This document shows positions 13,623-28,875 of a stretch of DNA of 64,000 nucleotides, piece after piece. Below the pieces are notes generated by a model. It was not told the DNA's origin. It searched no databases and saw only the letters and a program-made list of their open reading frames with translations. The position numbers and the translations under genes are program-made. Position 1 is the first letter of the stretch. Each line of letters opens with the position of its first letter. Source of the DNA: Eledone cirrhosa (lineage: Eukaryota); contig OZ024749.1 in assembly GCA_964016885.1 (NCBI GenBank), positions 37,944,001-38,008,000 on the forward strand, written 5' to 3'.

Positions 13623-13735
13623 AATTGTTTCTACTAATGGCACAAGGCCAGCAATTACCCAGTACATTACTGATACTTTATTTTATCGACCCCGTAAGGA
13701 TGAAAGGCAAAGTTAACTTCGGCGGGATTTGAACT
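13623..13735 (-). mobile_element. 5'-truncated Meta-type SINE
   Basis: Reverse complement of the SINE core and tail. Confidence 0.8.
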
Positions 13736-14177
13736 AAAAAAAAATAATGTCATCTATTTTTTGTGGAAATATCTCATAAAAAGATTTTACAGACGACTTT
13801 ATCAAAAGGTTAAGGGCGTTAACTATGAATATTATTTTCGTTAACACAATGCAGTATGTTATCCATCAGAGAGCCCATAGGTTTGGCAGACGGCACTTTT
13901 ACATTGGAATATGGAACATATAGGAATATTTTCATATTTGCCATATTATTATATTCTTTTATTATTTTATTAGTCACACTAATTAGTCTGGGGCATCGCT
14001 AGGTTTTAGTTAATCATATTAACTCCAGTACATTTTTTTTTTCAAGTCATATACTATATAGAAAGAGTTTAATTTTATAATTTAACTTTCATTATTTTCT
14101 TAGATGTAAAGTAACGCCATGTGTGTGTGTGTGCATGTGTGTGTCTGTGTGGGTACGTGTATACATATATATATATA

Positions 14178-14362
14178 GGAACGAGTGGGACCCCGACGGC
14201 TGAGCTCAAGCCGTTCCGACGGCTAATTCTGGACTAAAAAAAAAAATTATTTTTTTTTTTAGTCCAGAATTAGCCGTCGAAACGGCTTGAGCTCAGCCGT
14301 CGGGGTCCCACTCGTTCCTATTACCCACTCTACTACCCTAAGTATTGAGTACATCACCTTCG

Positions 14363-14364
<2 letters not shown>
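14178..14364 (+). mobile_element. Fold-back (TA)n-inserted element, family A
   Basis: ~60-bp near-perfect inverted arms ggaacgagtgggaccccgacggct..ggact / agtcc..agccgtcggggtcccactcgttcc, then the tail tattacccactctactaccctaagtattgagtac..ttcgtt and (TA)n. Confidence 0.8.
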
Positions 14365-14424
<60 letters not shown>

Positions 14425-14553
14425 AAAAGTTCTATTTAAATTGTTGGGATACAACAAGCAAATATTTTTATCACTGATATAAAGCACTCAACAAATATTT
14501 GGAGTAAAAATACGATATTAAAAAATGGAAACTATATTTATAAGACCATATTT

Positions 14554-14616
14554 ATTTCATTATACATATTTCAAGGACACCAAGTTAAATTATGGTGTGC
14601 TTTCATCAGATAAAAT
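14554..14616 (-). ncRNA. Type I hammerhead ribozyme
   Basis: Minus strand: AUUUUAU-CUGAUGA-AAG c ACACCA uaauuuaacu UGGUGU c CUU-GAAA-UAUGUA-UA/-AUGAAAU. Stem I is 7 bp, stem II is 9 bp, and the core is intact. Confidence 0.8.
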
Positions 14617-14906
14617 ATAATATAGATCAGTTTTATAAATAAATATTGACATACCCTTAAAGAATGCAACCATTGCTGTTGGAAGCTCCTGGATAGTGGA
14701 GTTGTAGCTTTAATTATATTATTTGTATTGGATATTTTTATTTTTAAAATAAGCCGTTGGGTTACGGAGAAAAATAAAAATATCCAATACAAATAATATA
14801 ATTAAAGCTACAACTCCACTATCCAGGAGCTTCCAACAGCAATGGTTGCATTCTTTAAGGGTATGTCAATATTTATTTATAAAACTGATCTATATTATAT
14901 TTTATT

Positions 14907-14955
14907 ACCAGTAATGCACTGGGTAATTGCTGGCCTTGTGCCTAAAGTAGAAACA
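14907..14955 (+). mobile_element. Severely 5'-truncated SINE with a 13-bp target-site duplication
   Basis: attatattttatt at 14894-14906 and 14956-14968 flanks accagtaatgcactgggtaattgctggccttgtgcctaaagtagaaaca. Confidence 0.8.
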
Positions 14956-15113
14956 ATTATATTTTATTTGATGAAAGCACACCATAATTTAACTTGGTGT
15001 CCTTGAAATATGTATAATGAAATAAATATGGTTTTATAAATATAGTTTCCATTTGTTAATATCGTATATATATATATATATATAATATACATATATATAT
15101 ATAATATACACAT

Positions 15114-15146
<33 letters not shown>

Positions 15147-15171
15147 GTGTATATATGTATATATATATAAA

Positions 15172-15329
15172 TATGGTCTGAACGAACTACCCGTGTCTTA
15201 AGGAACCTGAAGCCGTAGAATCAGCCAGATCCATACAGAGACCATGTCTCGAGCTACCTGCCGGCGAAACAATTGTGACACGCAATAAATTGAGTCCAGA
15301 TGCATCACTGATTTTTCGTTTTTTTATAC

Positions 15330-15330
<1 letters not shown>
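15172..15330 (+). mobile_element. (TA)n-embedded island with a degenerate hammerhead (15192-15282)
   Basis: cgtgtc-TTAAGGA-...gccggc-GAAA-CAATTG-T-gacacg: 6-bp stem I and a palindromic stem III, but a mutated core. Confidence 0.45.
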
Positions 15331-15393
<63 letters not shown>

Positions 15394-15394
15394 G

Positions 15395-15433
<39 letters not shown>

Positions 15434-15440
15434 CATATAA

Positions 15441-15507
<67 letters not shown>

Positions 15508-15529
15508 CAAGAGTGAGATTGCGTGTATG

Positions 15530-15561
<32 letters not shown>

Positions 15562-16020
15562 TACATACAAATATATTGCGAGAGAGGCATGCATGTGTGT
15601 CAGTGTATGTGACATCATTACCTTTTACACAAAGTTGATCTAGCTATGCTGGTTCCGGCAAAAATGTCACCTCCACTTCGCAGGAGTCATTTTGGGGTTA
15701 AATGAATCTTCTTTGTTATAGAATACCTATCACTATTGACATCATCATCATCATCATCATCATCACTATTATCATCAGCAGAACCGCCGCCACCACCATG
15801 ACTACAACAACCACCACCATTATTACTTTTATTATTATTATTATTATTATTATTTTTTTTTTTAGGGGGGTTCTTTTTATGTTTCTTTGTAATCCTTAAC
15901 CTGGATATCCATCAGAATTTAGACTTATTTCTTCTTGTTTCTCTCCTTTTTATACTTCATCTTCATCCCCTTCTTACTCATTTTCATTTACTGCATCTTC
16001 ATCTCCAACGCCATCTTCAT

Positions 16021-16108
<88 letters not shown>

Positions 16109-16619
16109 AATGTTTTATTTCTTTTAGAAGGAATTCTTTCTCAGAAGAAACAATTTTCTCCCCTGTGTTCTGTGTCAGTTCATTTCCTTTGCGTCTACCA
16201 TATTGGTGGTGGTGGTTGTAGTGGCGGCGATGTTAGTGGTGATGGTAGTGAAGGTATTGTTAGTGGAGGTGGCGGTAGTACTACTGCTCCTACTGCTACT
16301 GCTTCATACAGAATAAACTAAATAATAAGACGATAAGACGATAGACAAAAAAAAAAAAATTACTTCAGGTATTAATAAACCTGGGGAAGACTGGGTACTT
16401 TTGCAAGTATGTTATTATTGTTAACACTGCGAAATGTACCAGATTGGTAACTGGCGCGAATACGACTACCAAAACTCCTATATGGTTAGAGGCAAGAAAA
16501 CCAATTATACTGCATCGTCCTTCGTGTGGGTTAACAAGGAACGTGTTCAGGTCTTAGGTAGAAGGGCTTGTTCAAAAACTTTATAGCAGTCTCCATCTCA
16601 TGCTGCAAGATCTAGCGAT

Positions 16620-17060
16620 TGGCCTGCGATTTATCCTGCGATGGACGCACAAACATTGCGTTTCATGAGACCCTAAAAAGGGTTCGAAAGGGAGCAAACC
16701 TTAACCATTGGGACCTAGAACAAAACAACCCTTACGGGTAAAGAGCCGGAACTAGCGAAGGAGATAAGACGCTACTGGTTAGATATAGTCAGAGTTTCCT
16801 CAACAAAGTTCCGGGGCTATGATAAACATAAATGCCAGTATTCAGTTGTGGCACCAAAGATGTCTGCAAGGTGCGAATGGAGATAATCACAAGCCCTCGC
16901 CATCTGTCAGAATGTGTTAAAGTCAGGATGCCTTTGGTAGGGAGGATTTTCCTCTTGAAGCTAGGCTGAAAGACAGATCTCTGTGAGTGGTGCAATTCAT
17001 GTACCAAATAAAGAATCTGAATACAGATCCTTCCTTGGAAAATTCACTGCAGCGTTAGAT
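16620..17060 (+). mobile_element. RTE/Rex3-like LINE, AP-endonuclease N-terminal fragment (decayed)
   Basis: Translation ..LTIGT*NKTTLTGKEPELAKEIRRYWLDIVRVSSTK resembles the Rex3/RTE motif GTWNVTSL.GKEPELV.E..RY.LDIVG. Confidence 0.8.
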
Positions 17061-17319
17061 GTAGGGTACCGGGGTCAACTTTGCATTTCATTCATCTGAG
17101 GTCAGTAAAATAAAGTACCAGTCAAATTGTGAGGTATTTCCCCTCCCTGCGATTTGCAGACATTTAACCTTAATTAAAAATCATTAAATATAGAAAGAAT
17201 TATAATTTCTAATTTCCCCATATATACGTATATAATATATTATATATACTTATAATCACATATATATAAATATACATACATATATACATGCATACATATA
17301 CATACATATATATATATAT

Positions 17320-17657
17320 AGTTTCCATTTGTTAATATCATATTTTTGGGCGGTATATATAATATCATATAAGGGCGGTGGATTGGCAGTATCGGTAGAG
17401 GGTCGGACACCATGCTTTCCAGCATAGTTACGTCCCTTTACAATCTGAGTTCAAATCCCGCCGAGGTTGACTTTGCCTTTCATCCTTACGAGGTCGATAA
17501 AATAAAGTACCAGTAATGCACTGGATAATTGCTGGCCTTGTGCCTAAAGTAGAAACAGTTAATATCATATTTTTACTCCAAATATTTGTTGAGTGCTTTA
17601 TATCAGTTATAAAAATATTTGCTTGTTGTATCCCAACAATTTAAATAGAACTTTTAC
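17320..17657 (+). mobile_element. Family B tail fragment interrupted by a full-length Meta SINE (17373-17559)
   Basis: gttaatatcatatttt is duplicated on both sides of the SINE, and the flanks match the family B 3' end. Confidence 0.75.
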
Positions 17658-17709
<52 letters not shown>

Positions 17710-17753
17710 TATATATATAACAAAATAAAGGAAATATTTGAAATATTTATATA

Positions 17754-17791
<38 letters not shown>

Positions 17792-17932
17792 GCCTTTGCC
17801 AATATAAACTTGTCTTTATTGACTTATATCGAGACAGACAAATTGTATTCACTTTAATTAGTTTATTTCATTAATAGCTAACTTTGTCTGTTACAATGCA
17901 AACACGTTTTGTGTTTATCATATATATTAATG

Positions 17933-17967
<35 letters not shown>

Positions 17968-18192
17968 CTACAATACATATATATATATATATAATATATA
18001 TATAAATATTTCAAATATTTCATTTATTTTGTTTGACCTGTTTAGCTTGCCTCAGTTTGTTTGGCCTTTATAACCTATGTTTATTGCTCTGGTCTCTATT
18101 TGGTCCATGGAGCGCTTGCCAGCATAACTCGGATATTGCGTTTCGCCTGTTTTCGACCCTGCGAAATACGAATCTCGCTGAGGTTATATTTG

Positions 18193-18240
<48 letters not shown>

Positions 18241-18258
18241 ATATAATATATATATATG

Positions 18259-18304
<46 letters not shown>

Positions 18305-18307
18305 ATA

Positions 18308-18359
<52 letters not shown>

Positions 18360-18361
<2 letters not shown>

Positions 18362-18550
18362 AACCAGTAAGACCCCGACAGCTGAGCTCAAGCCGTTTCG
18401 ACGGCTAATTCAGTCCAGAATTAGCCGTCGAAACGGCTTGAGCTCAGCTGTCGGGGTCTTACTGGTTCCTATTACCCACTCTACTACCTCAAGTATTGAG
18501 TACTTTGGTGCGTTATGGTCCACCTGGTTCCTTACCACATTTCCTCCGTT
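18360..18550 (+). mobile_element. Fold-back element, family A
   Basis: ggaaccagtaagaccccgacagctgagctcaagccgtttcgacggctaattc followed by its inverse and a ~80-nt tail ending ttcctccgtt, between (TA)n tracts. Confidence 0.85.
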
Positions 18551-18574
18551 ATATATATATATATATATATATAA

Positions 18575-18719
<145 letters not shown>

Positions 18720-18725
18720 ATATGT

Positions 18726-18776
<51 letters not shown>

Positions 18777-18777
18777 T

Positions 18778-18901
<124 letters not shown>

Positions 18902-18940
18902 TTATATATATATATATGTATATTTATATATATATATATA

Positions 18941-18985
<45 letters not shown>

Positions 18986-19106
18986 GGAGGTGAGTTTTAT
19001 TGTAGTACAATAAAGCAATGCAGATATCGGATAAGAAGCACTCTACAGTTTGTAGGACTGGAGTATACATAATATATAATATACTGGAGTATACATTATA
19101 TATATA

Positions 19107-19158
<52 letters not shown>

Positions 19159-19383
19159 ACATTCATTTAATTTATTGATTTATTGATATTTTATTTGAGT
19201 GACCCGAATCTTCCTGGTCGTTCTTTTTCGGCTGCACGGGTGATTTTAGGCATGATCTCTATGTGTTGGTAATTTAACGATAGTTATAGCTCTGATTTAT
19301 CCAAATTATTGAGCCCTCTGCCACACATATCGGATATTGTTTATCGTTAATTCGTGAGCTGTTTTTCCGATTCCCGATTATTC

Positions 19384-19452
<69 letters not shown>

Positions 19453-19454
<2 letters not shown>

Positions 19455-19498
19455 AACCAGTAAGACCCCGACAGCTGAGCTCAAGCCGTTTCGACGGG

Positions 19499-19567
<69 letters not shown>

Positions 19568-19610
19568 AACCAGTAAGACCCCGACAGCTGAGCTCAAGCC
19601 GTTTCGACGG

Positions 19611-19652
<42 letters not shown>

Positions 19653-19695
19653 AACCAGTAAGACCCCGACAGCTGAGCTCAAGCCGTTTCGACGG

Positions 19696-19699
<4 letters not shown>
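19453..19699. repeat. Three ~48-bp family A arms separated by (TA)n spacers
   Basis: ggaaccagtaagaccccgacagctgagctcaagccgtttcgacgg starts at 19453, 19566 and 19651. Confidence 0.9.
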
Positions 19700-19754
<55 letters not shown>

Positions 19755-19760
19755 CATATA

Positions 19761-19915
19761 GGAAAAAAGTCAGGACGCCGACGGCTGAGCTCCGGCCGTT
19801 TCGACAGCTAAATCCGAACGAGTTCGGATTTAGCTGTCGAAACTCTACTACCCTAAGTATCGGGTACTCTGGTGCGTTATGGTTCACCTGGCATCTTACC
19901 ACACTTTCTTTTTTT
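19761..19915 (+). mobile_element. Diverged family A subfamily copy
   Basis: Central hairpin tttcgacagctaaatccgaac-gag-ttcggatttagctgtcgaaa and tail ctctactaccctaagtatcgggtactctggtgcgttatgg. Confidence 0.75.
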
Positions 19916-20404
19916 ATAGTGTACATTTCTATATTACAGGATAACAACATGACAGAATGAAATATATATCTATATATATAGATATATATTTCATCCTGTC
20001 GTTCGGTGTACATGAATTCAATACATATAAACATATGCCAAAACTATAAAACATATCACCATCCTCAATATCACTAATCACACCACCAACGTCTCCACTA
20101 CTACTATTACCCTCATCTCCAACAATACCCCAAACAACACCAGCCTCATTCTCGCCATCCCCACAACTAATACTTGTACTATCAGTTGAACCATTGCCAT
20201 CTCCACCCTCTTTACTAGTAGTAACAGTACTACTAGTGCCACCACCGTTACTTGATTACTTGCAGTACCAGAACAACTAGTTCTACCTCCATTACTAGTG
20301 CCCTTCTACTAATACTATGTTTACCTCAAAACTGTACTACAGTAACAAACACCAAACAATTATTTAAAAACATCTTACCCCTATCGTTCCATCTCCTCAC
20401 CCAG

Positions 20405-20522
20405 ACTATAGAAGCTCCCTCCAAATGAATGATACAAGATGGCGGGTGGGGAGTAACTCTATGACAACACCTACGGCATACGGGACACATCCGGATACAG
20501 AAAGTTTAGTTTCGATTCGAAG
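20405..20522 (+). CDS. Candidate internal coding exon of an unidentified host gene (phase 1 to phase 2)
   Basis: Pyrimidine-rich acceptor cgttccatctcctcacccag and donor AAG|gtaaag. Only one of three frames is open: YRSSLQMNDTRWRVGSNSMTTPTAYGTHPDTESLVSIR. The sequence is non-repetitive and GC-richer than its flanks. Confidence 0.45.
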
Positions 20523-20898
20523 GTAAAGGAAATGAAGACAAATGGTAGGATTGCAAGCAAAGTTATCTTTAAACCGGAGAGAGAAGAAAAAATGCAAAAA
20601 TGAAAATGAAAGTGGTGACCCCCATTGAGGAAGCGTATCCCAACAAACTGTTCACTTCCGGTTTGCTGCCAAAAATTCACTCTGAAGGACGAAAGAGAGG
20701 GTTGTTTCATTTTCCTACATCGGTCTTTGTTTTGATGTTGTTGTTGTTTTTATTATTATTGATGATGTTATTGTTGTTGCTAATACTTTTGTTGTCGTTG
20801 TTGATGATGTCTTTGATTATGTTGTATTGCGTTTACACACACACATATATATATATATATGTGTGTGTGTATATATATATATATGTCTATATATAAAT

Positions 20899-20950
<52 letters not shown>

Positions 20951-20977
20951 ATGTGTGTGTATATATATATATATGTT

Positions 20978-21020
<43 letters not shown>

Positions 21021-21022
21021 GC

Positions 21023-21055
<33 letters not shown>

Positions 21056-21078
21056 TATCTATATATACACACACACAC

Positions 21079-21139
<61 letters not shown>

Positions 21140-21392
21140 TATATGAATGTATGTGTGTGTGTTTTATTACTATTTTGTTTTATTGAATGTCACAAGGTGA
21201 CAAATCTGTTTCTCTTTAACACATTAATGTCGTGTGTATGCTCGTTATATGCATATACACTACACAAACACACACAAACACACACATCTATCTAGTTATT
21301 TATATATATATATGCGTGTGTGTCTCTCTCAATGTGTATATAGAAATGTATATATATATATATATATGTGTGTGTGTATATATATATGTATG

Positions 21393-21436
<44 letters not shown>

Positions 21437-21462
21437 TATGTATATATATGTATATATGTATA

Positions 21463-21632
<170 letters not shown>

Positions 21633-21655
21633 TATACATATATATACATATATAC

Positions 21656-21729
<74 letters not shown>

Positions 21730-21990
21730 ATCCTTTATTCTATTACTGGTTTCCTGGATTACACTATGCTGGTGCAACAGTTTAAAGAGATTGCAGTCGA
21801 TCATATCGAACACACTCATAGTAGCCTAGCTATTATATTATCGATCACGTTCAACTTACATGACATAAACAGACACATACAGGAACATACAAGTATATAC
21901 ACCCACATATAAATATATATATATATATTTTACTCCCCCTCCTCACATACATACATATATACATACATACATACAAACATACATACATAC

Positions 21991-22392
21991 ATGGTGGTTG
22001 CCAACTCGTTTTCGAGTACGGCCACTACTTTATATCCATGTAGGAGAACCCCTACCGATGCGCTGAACGAGTGTGACTTTTTAGTCCAGCCAGCGACTTG
22101 AAAACTCTGGTACAAACACTACACTTGTGACAATTATTGACACATAGTGCTGGGCCCATGGTACCATGTGACGACAAGTGCAGAGAGATCTCCAGATATA
22201 AAGCAATGCCTGTGCCGTGAAGCTTTTATAGTGAGCAAAGGCACTGCACAAAGCCAGTCCCACTCTCTTAACCAAGATGATATTTACCAAAAAGAAGAAC
22301 AAGGCAACATCATTGGATACCATCAGGGTTGCAGGTGTTATATCAGAGTTTTCCTTCTCCTAGAATTCTGCCTTGACAAAGGCTAAGGCGTC
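21991..22392 (-). mobile_element. Unclassified retroposon with (ATGT)n tail, copy 2 (longer)
   Basis: Matches 8901-9193 and is embedded in (TACA)n on both sides. Confidence 0.65.
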
Positions 22393-22480
22393 ATACATAC
22401 ATACATACATACATACATACATACATACATACATACATACATACATACATACATACATACATACATACATACATACATAC

Positions 22481-24105
22481 GTGATGGCGACGTGAATAGA
22501 CCTGTTTTTTCTCGGTGGTCAAAGTCAACGGCCACCTATCGGAACGATCCAGATCATGCGGTCGCTTCGGCAATGATGCCCTCTTTCGTCCCTTCTGTAC
22601 ATACTGACTCGCGAACCATTGTTGTTGAGACTGGAGCTACTTCAGAGAATGTCCTTCGAACCAGTACATGAAAGGGCTGCATTGGCATACGTTGAAGATC
22701 TCACCGTGATGGTGTCGAACATCTCGGAAATCGAGGTGGTTAGCAACTTCTTAGAGGAATATGAAAGGTCGGTGAGTTTGTAGCTGGGAACGTGAAGAGG
22801 CAGATCTGGACGCTGGACGCTGGACGAATGGACCCGTGAAGCTAGTCGCGGAGGATAAGCATTGCAATGCGTTAACGAACAGGGTGACCACTCTCAGCTA
22901 CAAATGGGCCGAAAGGAAGTAATCCTTGATAAGCCGAGCGGAGGTAGCAAACGCGTACATCGCATTGGTCATCTATTACCATCTGATCGTTGAGCCTTGC
23001 TCAAGTTCAGGATTCACCAAATTGGAACGCTAGCATGAACTAAGGCTATGACATCTCCAGGTATTTTTAAACGGTGAGCAGTTATGGTCACCGTTTGTAA
23101 GACAAGACTTTACGCAGCTCGTCTCTTTGATTTTGCTGCAAACGTGATTCAAGCGAAGACTGAGATTGTTGGCCTTGCGTTTGGAATGATGTCAGGCGCT
23201 CAGAGTCGTCTGCCAGTCAGGCAATGAAGTTAGTGAAAATTCCACTATGAAGAACTAGTGGTGGGTAAGTGTGAAAACTTTCTCGGAGAGGCTCTGGGTA
23301 ATCGAAACGACCAGTTTGTTCCAGATCACTTTCAAGCCGGAGGAAATATGGACAGCATCCAGATATCCGGTGGTTGGTACTTCTACCGAGGGCACAGCCG
23401 TTTCCATACAAACTCTATAGACACGGAAGTGCTGTCAGACAGACAAGTCAGAAATGTGCGCAGAACGACAAAACCGTCTCGCACGCATTCGTTCCATATC
23501 CATGTATCACTGACTAGTGAAGTTTTGTCGAACAACTACTATCAGCTGTAGGACGGATCCGGTTATCAAGCGAGTCCATCGTGAAGCTTACCCTACCGCC
23601 TTCTTTGCCGGTAAGGGTAATTTGTTTTCCTCTGCCAGGTGGCTGTATCAAAAAAGGTTGTTTTGTGGACGCGGCTGAAAGGACTGAAGAGAGACACTTT
23701 ACTCTTCGGCCAAGCCTTCATCAACTTTTTCAGCTTTCACCTGGAAAGGAAGCTAGGAGTGGAGAGGGAAGTGTTGCTCCCAGTATATTTGTTAAAAGGT
23801 GAGTGAATATTGACCCACTCTGACCAAGCGCCTGTAAGCTGAATAGTTTGGAGATGAGTGGTAACCACATAGGTTTCTCTTGGAGAGTAGAGTTTCTTAG
23901 AATTGATAGGATTCCCGAGTCACCCCGTGCTGCCATTCTCCACCTATTAGGAAATTTTCGTTGTTATAATTGTATTGTTTATTGATATTTGTTATCTCTT
24001 TTTACTCGATTTCATATAAAGCCCGACTGTCCCTGTTTTTATATTGTCCTTCATGTTACAGTCTTGTGGCCAATAAAGAAATTATTTTTATTATTTTTAT
24101 TATTG
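22481..24105 (+). mobile_element. Decayed Tx1/L1-clade LINE (RT domain to 3' end)
   Basis: Remnants include VVKVNGHLS, a degenerate VRQGCPLSP.LYIL..EPL, AYVEDLTV (YADD-like), a zinc-finger region like 8425-8870, and a 3'UTR ending cttgtggccaataaagaa(att)n. Confidence 0.75.
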
Positions 24106-24293
24106 TTAGTTCACTCATGTATTCATCTATTAATTTCCCCGTATTATATTCCCTCAAGCCGAATCATGATAAATTGATAAATGTTTTTCTGTTCACCTTC
24201 AAAATATTCTCTGCCCCAAACTTCCCTGTTCCTAACATATTCATAATGAAGCACTGAATATTTATAGATATGTATATATAACATACATATATA

Positions 24294-24368
<75 letters not shown>

Positions 24369-24389
24369 ATATGTATATATATATGTATG

Positions 24390-24470
<81 letters not shown>

Positions 24471-24475
24471 ATATG

Positions 24476-24507
<32 letters not shown>

Positions 24508-24965
24508 TAGTTACATTAAAAGAATGTTTGTGTACGATGGGAAATTTATTATAGAACAGTATATAATATTTACCCGGGCAGTCAGTGTAGCTATGTGATT
24601 TATAAATAAACTGGGATATATACACATATATTTACATGTATATATATATTTATATAAATATACATATGTATATATATATATATATATATAAACATAAATT
24701 TATGTGTGTGTGCATGCATACACTGAAAATGCAAAATAAAAACAATTTAGAAAATGGTAGGAAAGAATTAAGAAAAATATGATTTTTCTCCCCAAGTGCC
24801 AAAAAAAAAAACCTTATCGTTTCCCCGGTGAGATACAATACACAATTTCTTACATTTTCCTCAGTTTTTCCTTTTCTCATTTTTTCAATTATTCATTTTG
24901 TTGAGACTATTATTATTTTTATTTTTTTATTCTCAAATTCAGCCGAAGAGAAGAATGAAAACCAG

Positions 24966-25018
<53 letters not shown>

Positions 25019-25357
25019 ATAGATAAAAATGAATGAAAACTATCATATTATTTGAATGAAGCATAGAAATATTTACCTTGTTTTTGTTGTGGTTGCGGTG
25101 ATGGTATGGGTGAGTTGCGATAGTGTTATTGGTGGGGCGTATGTAAGTGTGTATGTATGTGTGCATGTTTGTATATATGCGTGTATATATATATATATAT
25201 GTACACACACATACACGCATACACACACACACATATATATATATATGTATTTATGTATATGCGTGTACATATACATATATACATATTTATATATACATAC
25301 ACATACGTATATATATATACACACACACATATACCTATATGTGTATATGTAGATATA

Positions 25358-25413
<56 letters not shown>

Positions 25414-25419
25414 ATTGCA

Positions 25420-25463
<44 letters not shown>

Positions 25464-25479
25464 TATATATACATATGTA

Positions 25480-25536
<57 letters not shown>

Positions 25537-25569
25537 ATATATATATATATATGCATATATATATACAAT

Positions 25570-25660
<91 letters not shown>

Positions 25661-26444
25661 TACATATGTACAAACTGTTGGATTTCATAAATTTCTTTGT
25701 TATCCTCCTGTTTGTTCTACATGGGTGCTGCTTTCCTATGAACGAATCCCGATAATGTACTTCGAAGCCAATTATCCACCAACGTGACATTACTATCGTT
25801 GAGCAGTTATATAGGAAACAAGATCGGAAAAGTGCGTTCACTTCTGAGCCTCTGCCATTAAATCCATCTAAATTCCCACCTATAATTTGCTCCCGCCATT
25901 ATAACTTCAGCGGTTGAGTTGCTTTTTATTAGCCCATCGAGTTGGTGCTATTTTTAGCATCTTAGTATTCCTGTTGATACAATCAACAGAACAGCTTGCA
26001 TTTGAAAATATCCAGCAAGTGACTGAGCATTCCACAAACACGCCTGCCTTTAACGTAGTTCTCAGGGTGATTCAGTGTGACACTCACAACCTTACAACCA
26101 TTAGCCAAATACCCTGTTCATATATATATATATATCACAATATGGATGAGAGGAGGGCTGTGTAGTTACTGATAACGCGTGTTAGAAGGTAAGGAAACAA
26201 AAACAAGAGGTGGACAGTCTCCCTTCGTCAATAGTTAACTACGGATCACGGATGTTTCGGCGCATTATTAACTATACATCTATCCGTAGCGCGCCTATTA
26301 AAAGGGCATGAGGGAGAGAAAGAAAAGAAGAAAGAGAGAAGAAAAAAGGAAAAAAAGGAAAACAGGAAAAAAAGAAAAAAAGCTACCGATAGAAGGAGGA
26401 GCAGGGGTAGATGTAAGCAAGTATATATGTATATATATATATAT

Positions 26445-27516
<1,072 letters not shown>

Positions 27517-27537
27517 TATACTATATACAGAGAGAGA

Positions 27538-27609
<72 letters not shown>

Positions 27610-27783
27610 GAGAGAGGAGAGTATGTGTGTGTGTATAGTGGTAGTGGTTTGTTCCAGTTCGATCAATGTCACCAGTATCGAAGGTGATTGATCATACATA
27701 TAAAACAATAACTTTATTAACGTTTTAAATTTGTTTTTCAGTTATTTCCATCAAAACAGTGTCACACGTCATATCTGATTCCT

Positions 27784-27875
<92 letters not shown>

Positions 27876-28159
27876 ACAGAGTCATACACACACACACACA
27901 CACACGCACACGGATACTTACACAAAAACACACACACACACACATAATTCATACATACATACATACATGCGTACGTAGGTACGTACGTACATACGTACAT
28001 ATACATAAATACATGCATATATATACATACTCACATATATCCATGCATACATACATACATACATACATACATACATACATACATACATACATACATACAT
28101 ACATACATGCATACATACATACATACATACATACATACGCTCATAGGTACATACATAGC

Positions 28160-28415
28160 TTCATACCCATCATTATTGGAGCTACGGGTTATATACCAAC
28201 CCGCTTGGACCAAAGTATGACTGAACTTGGATTTGCGGACAAAAAGCGCAGCTCCCTAATTCATAGTCTACAAATGGCTGCGATAGCTGGCACCTTAAAA
28301 ATATGCAAAACATTCTTGCGATTCAAGGGATGACAATTTCTTTTCTTTTACAACCTTGCCACCAGGAAGGTGGCCGGTCAAAAAAATATACTCGAAATTA
28401 ACAGAAAGAGATAAC
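28160..28415 (+). mobile_element. R4-like RLE LINE 3' end inserted in (TACA)n
   Basis: Translation FIPIIIGATGYIPTRLDQSMTELGF..LQMAAIAGTLKICKTFLRFKG*, then a short UTR and (acat)n. Confidence 0.75.
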
Positions 28416-28466
28416 ATACATATAGATAGATACATACATATACATCATTTCCACCTATCTACTTAG

Positions 28467-28875
28467 AAATCATAATTGTTTCTACTTTTGGCACAAGGCA
28501 AGCAATTATTCCAGTGCATTACTGGTACTTTATTTTATCGACCCCGTAAGGATGAAAGGCAAAGTTAACCTCGGCGGGATTTGAACTCAGAATGGCAAGG
28601 GCCGTAACTCTATGCGTCAAAGCATGGCGTCCGACCCTCTACCGATACTGCCAATTCACCGCCCTAAATCATAATTGTTTCTACGTTAGGCACAAGGCCA
28701 GCAATTATCCCAGTGCATTACTGGTACTTTATTTTATCGACCCCGTAAGGATGAAAGGCAAAGTTAACCTCGGCGGGATTTGAACTCAGAATGGCAAGGG
28801 CCGTAACTCTATGCGTCAAAGCATGGCGTGTCCGATCCTCTACCGATACTGCCAATTCACCGCCCTAAGTCATAA
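28467..28875 (-). mobile_element. Head-to-tail tandem pair of full-length Meta SINEs (~200-bp unit)
   Basis: Two near-identical units, each bounded by aaatcataat/aagtcataat. Confidence 0.85.

Larger units (their letters stand above)
14425..15066 (-). mobile_element. Penelope-like element (family B): ~230-bp inverted arms, ~85-nt tail, hammerhead in each arm
   Basis: 14510-14740 is inverted relative to 14775-15066. The tail 14425-14510 is also present at 17558-17657 and 56055-56139. Confidence 0.8.

Noticed and set aside
19453-19699. CRISPR array
   Set aside because: The context is eukaryotic, the spacers are pure (TA)n, no cas genes are present, and the repeat is part of a dispersed element.
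25670-26000. Unique-looking sequence as a possible exon
   Set aside because: No convincing splice-site pair or recognisable protein motif in the frames examined.
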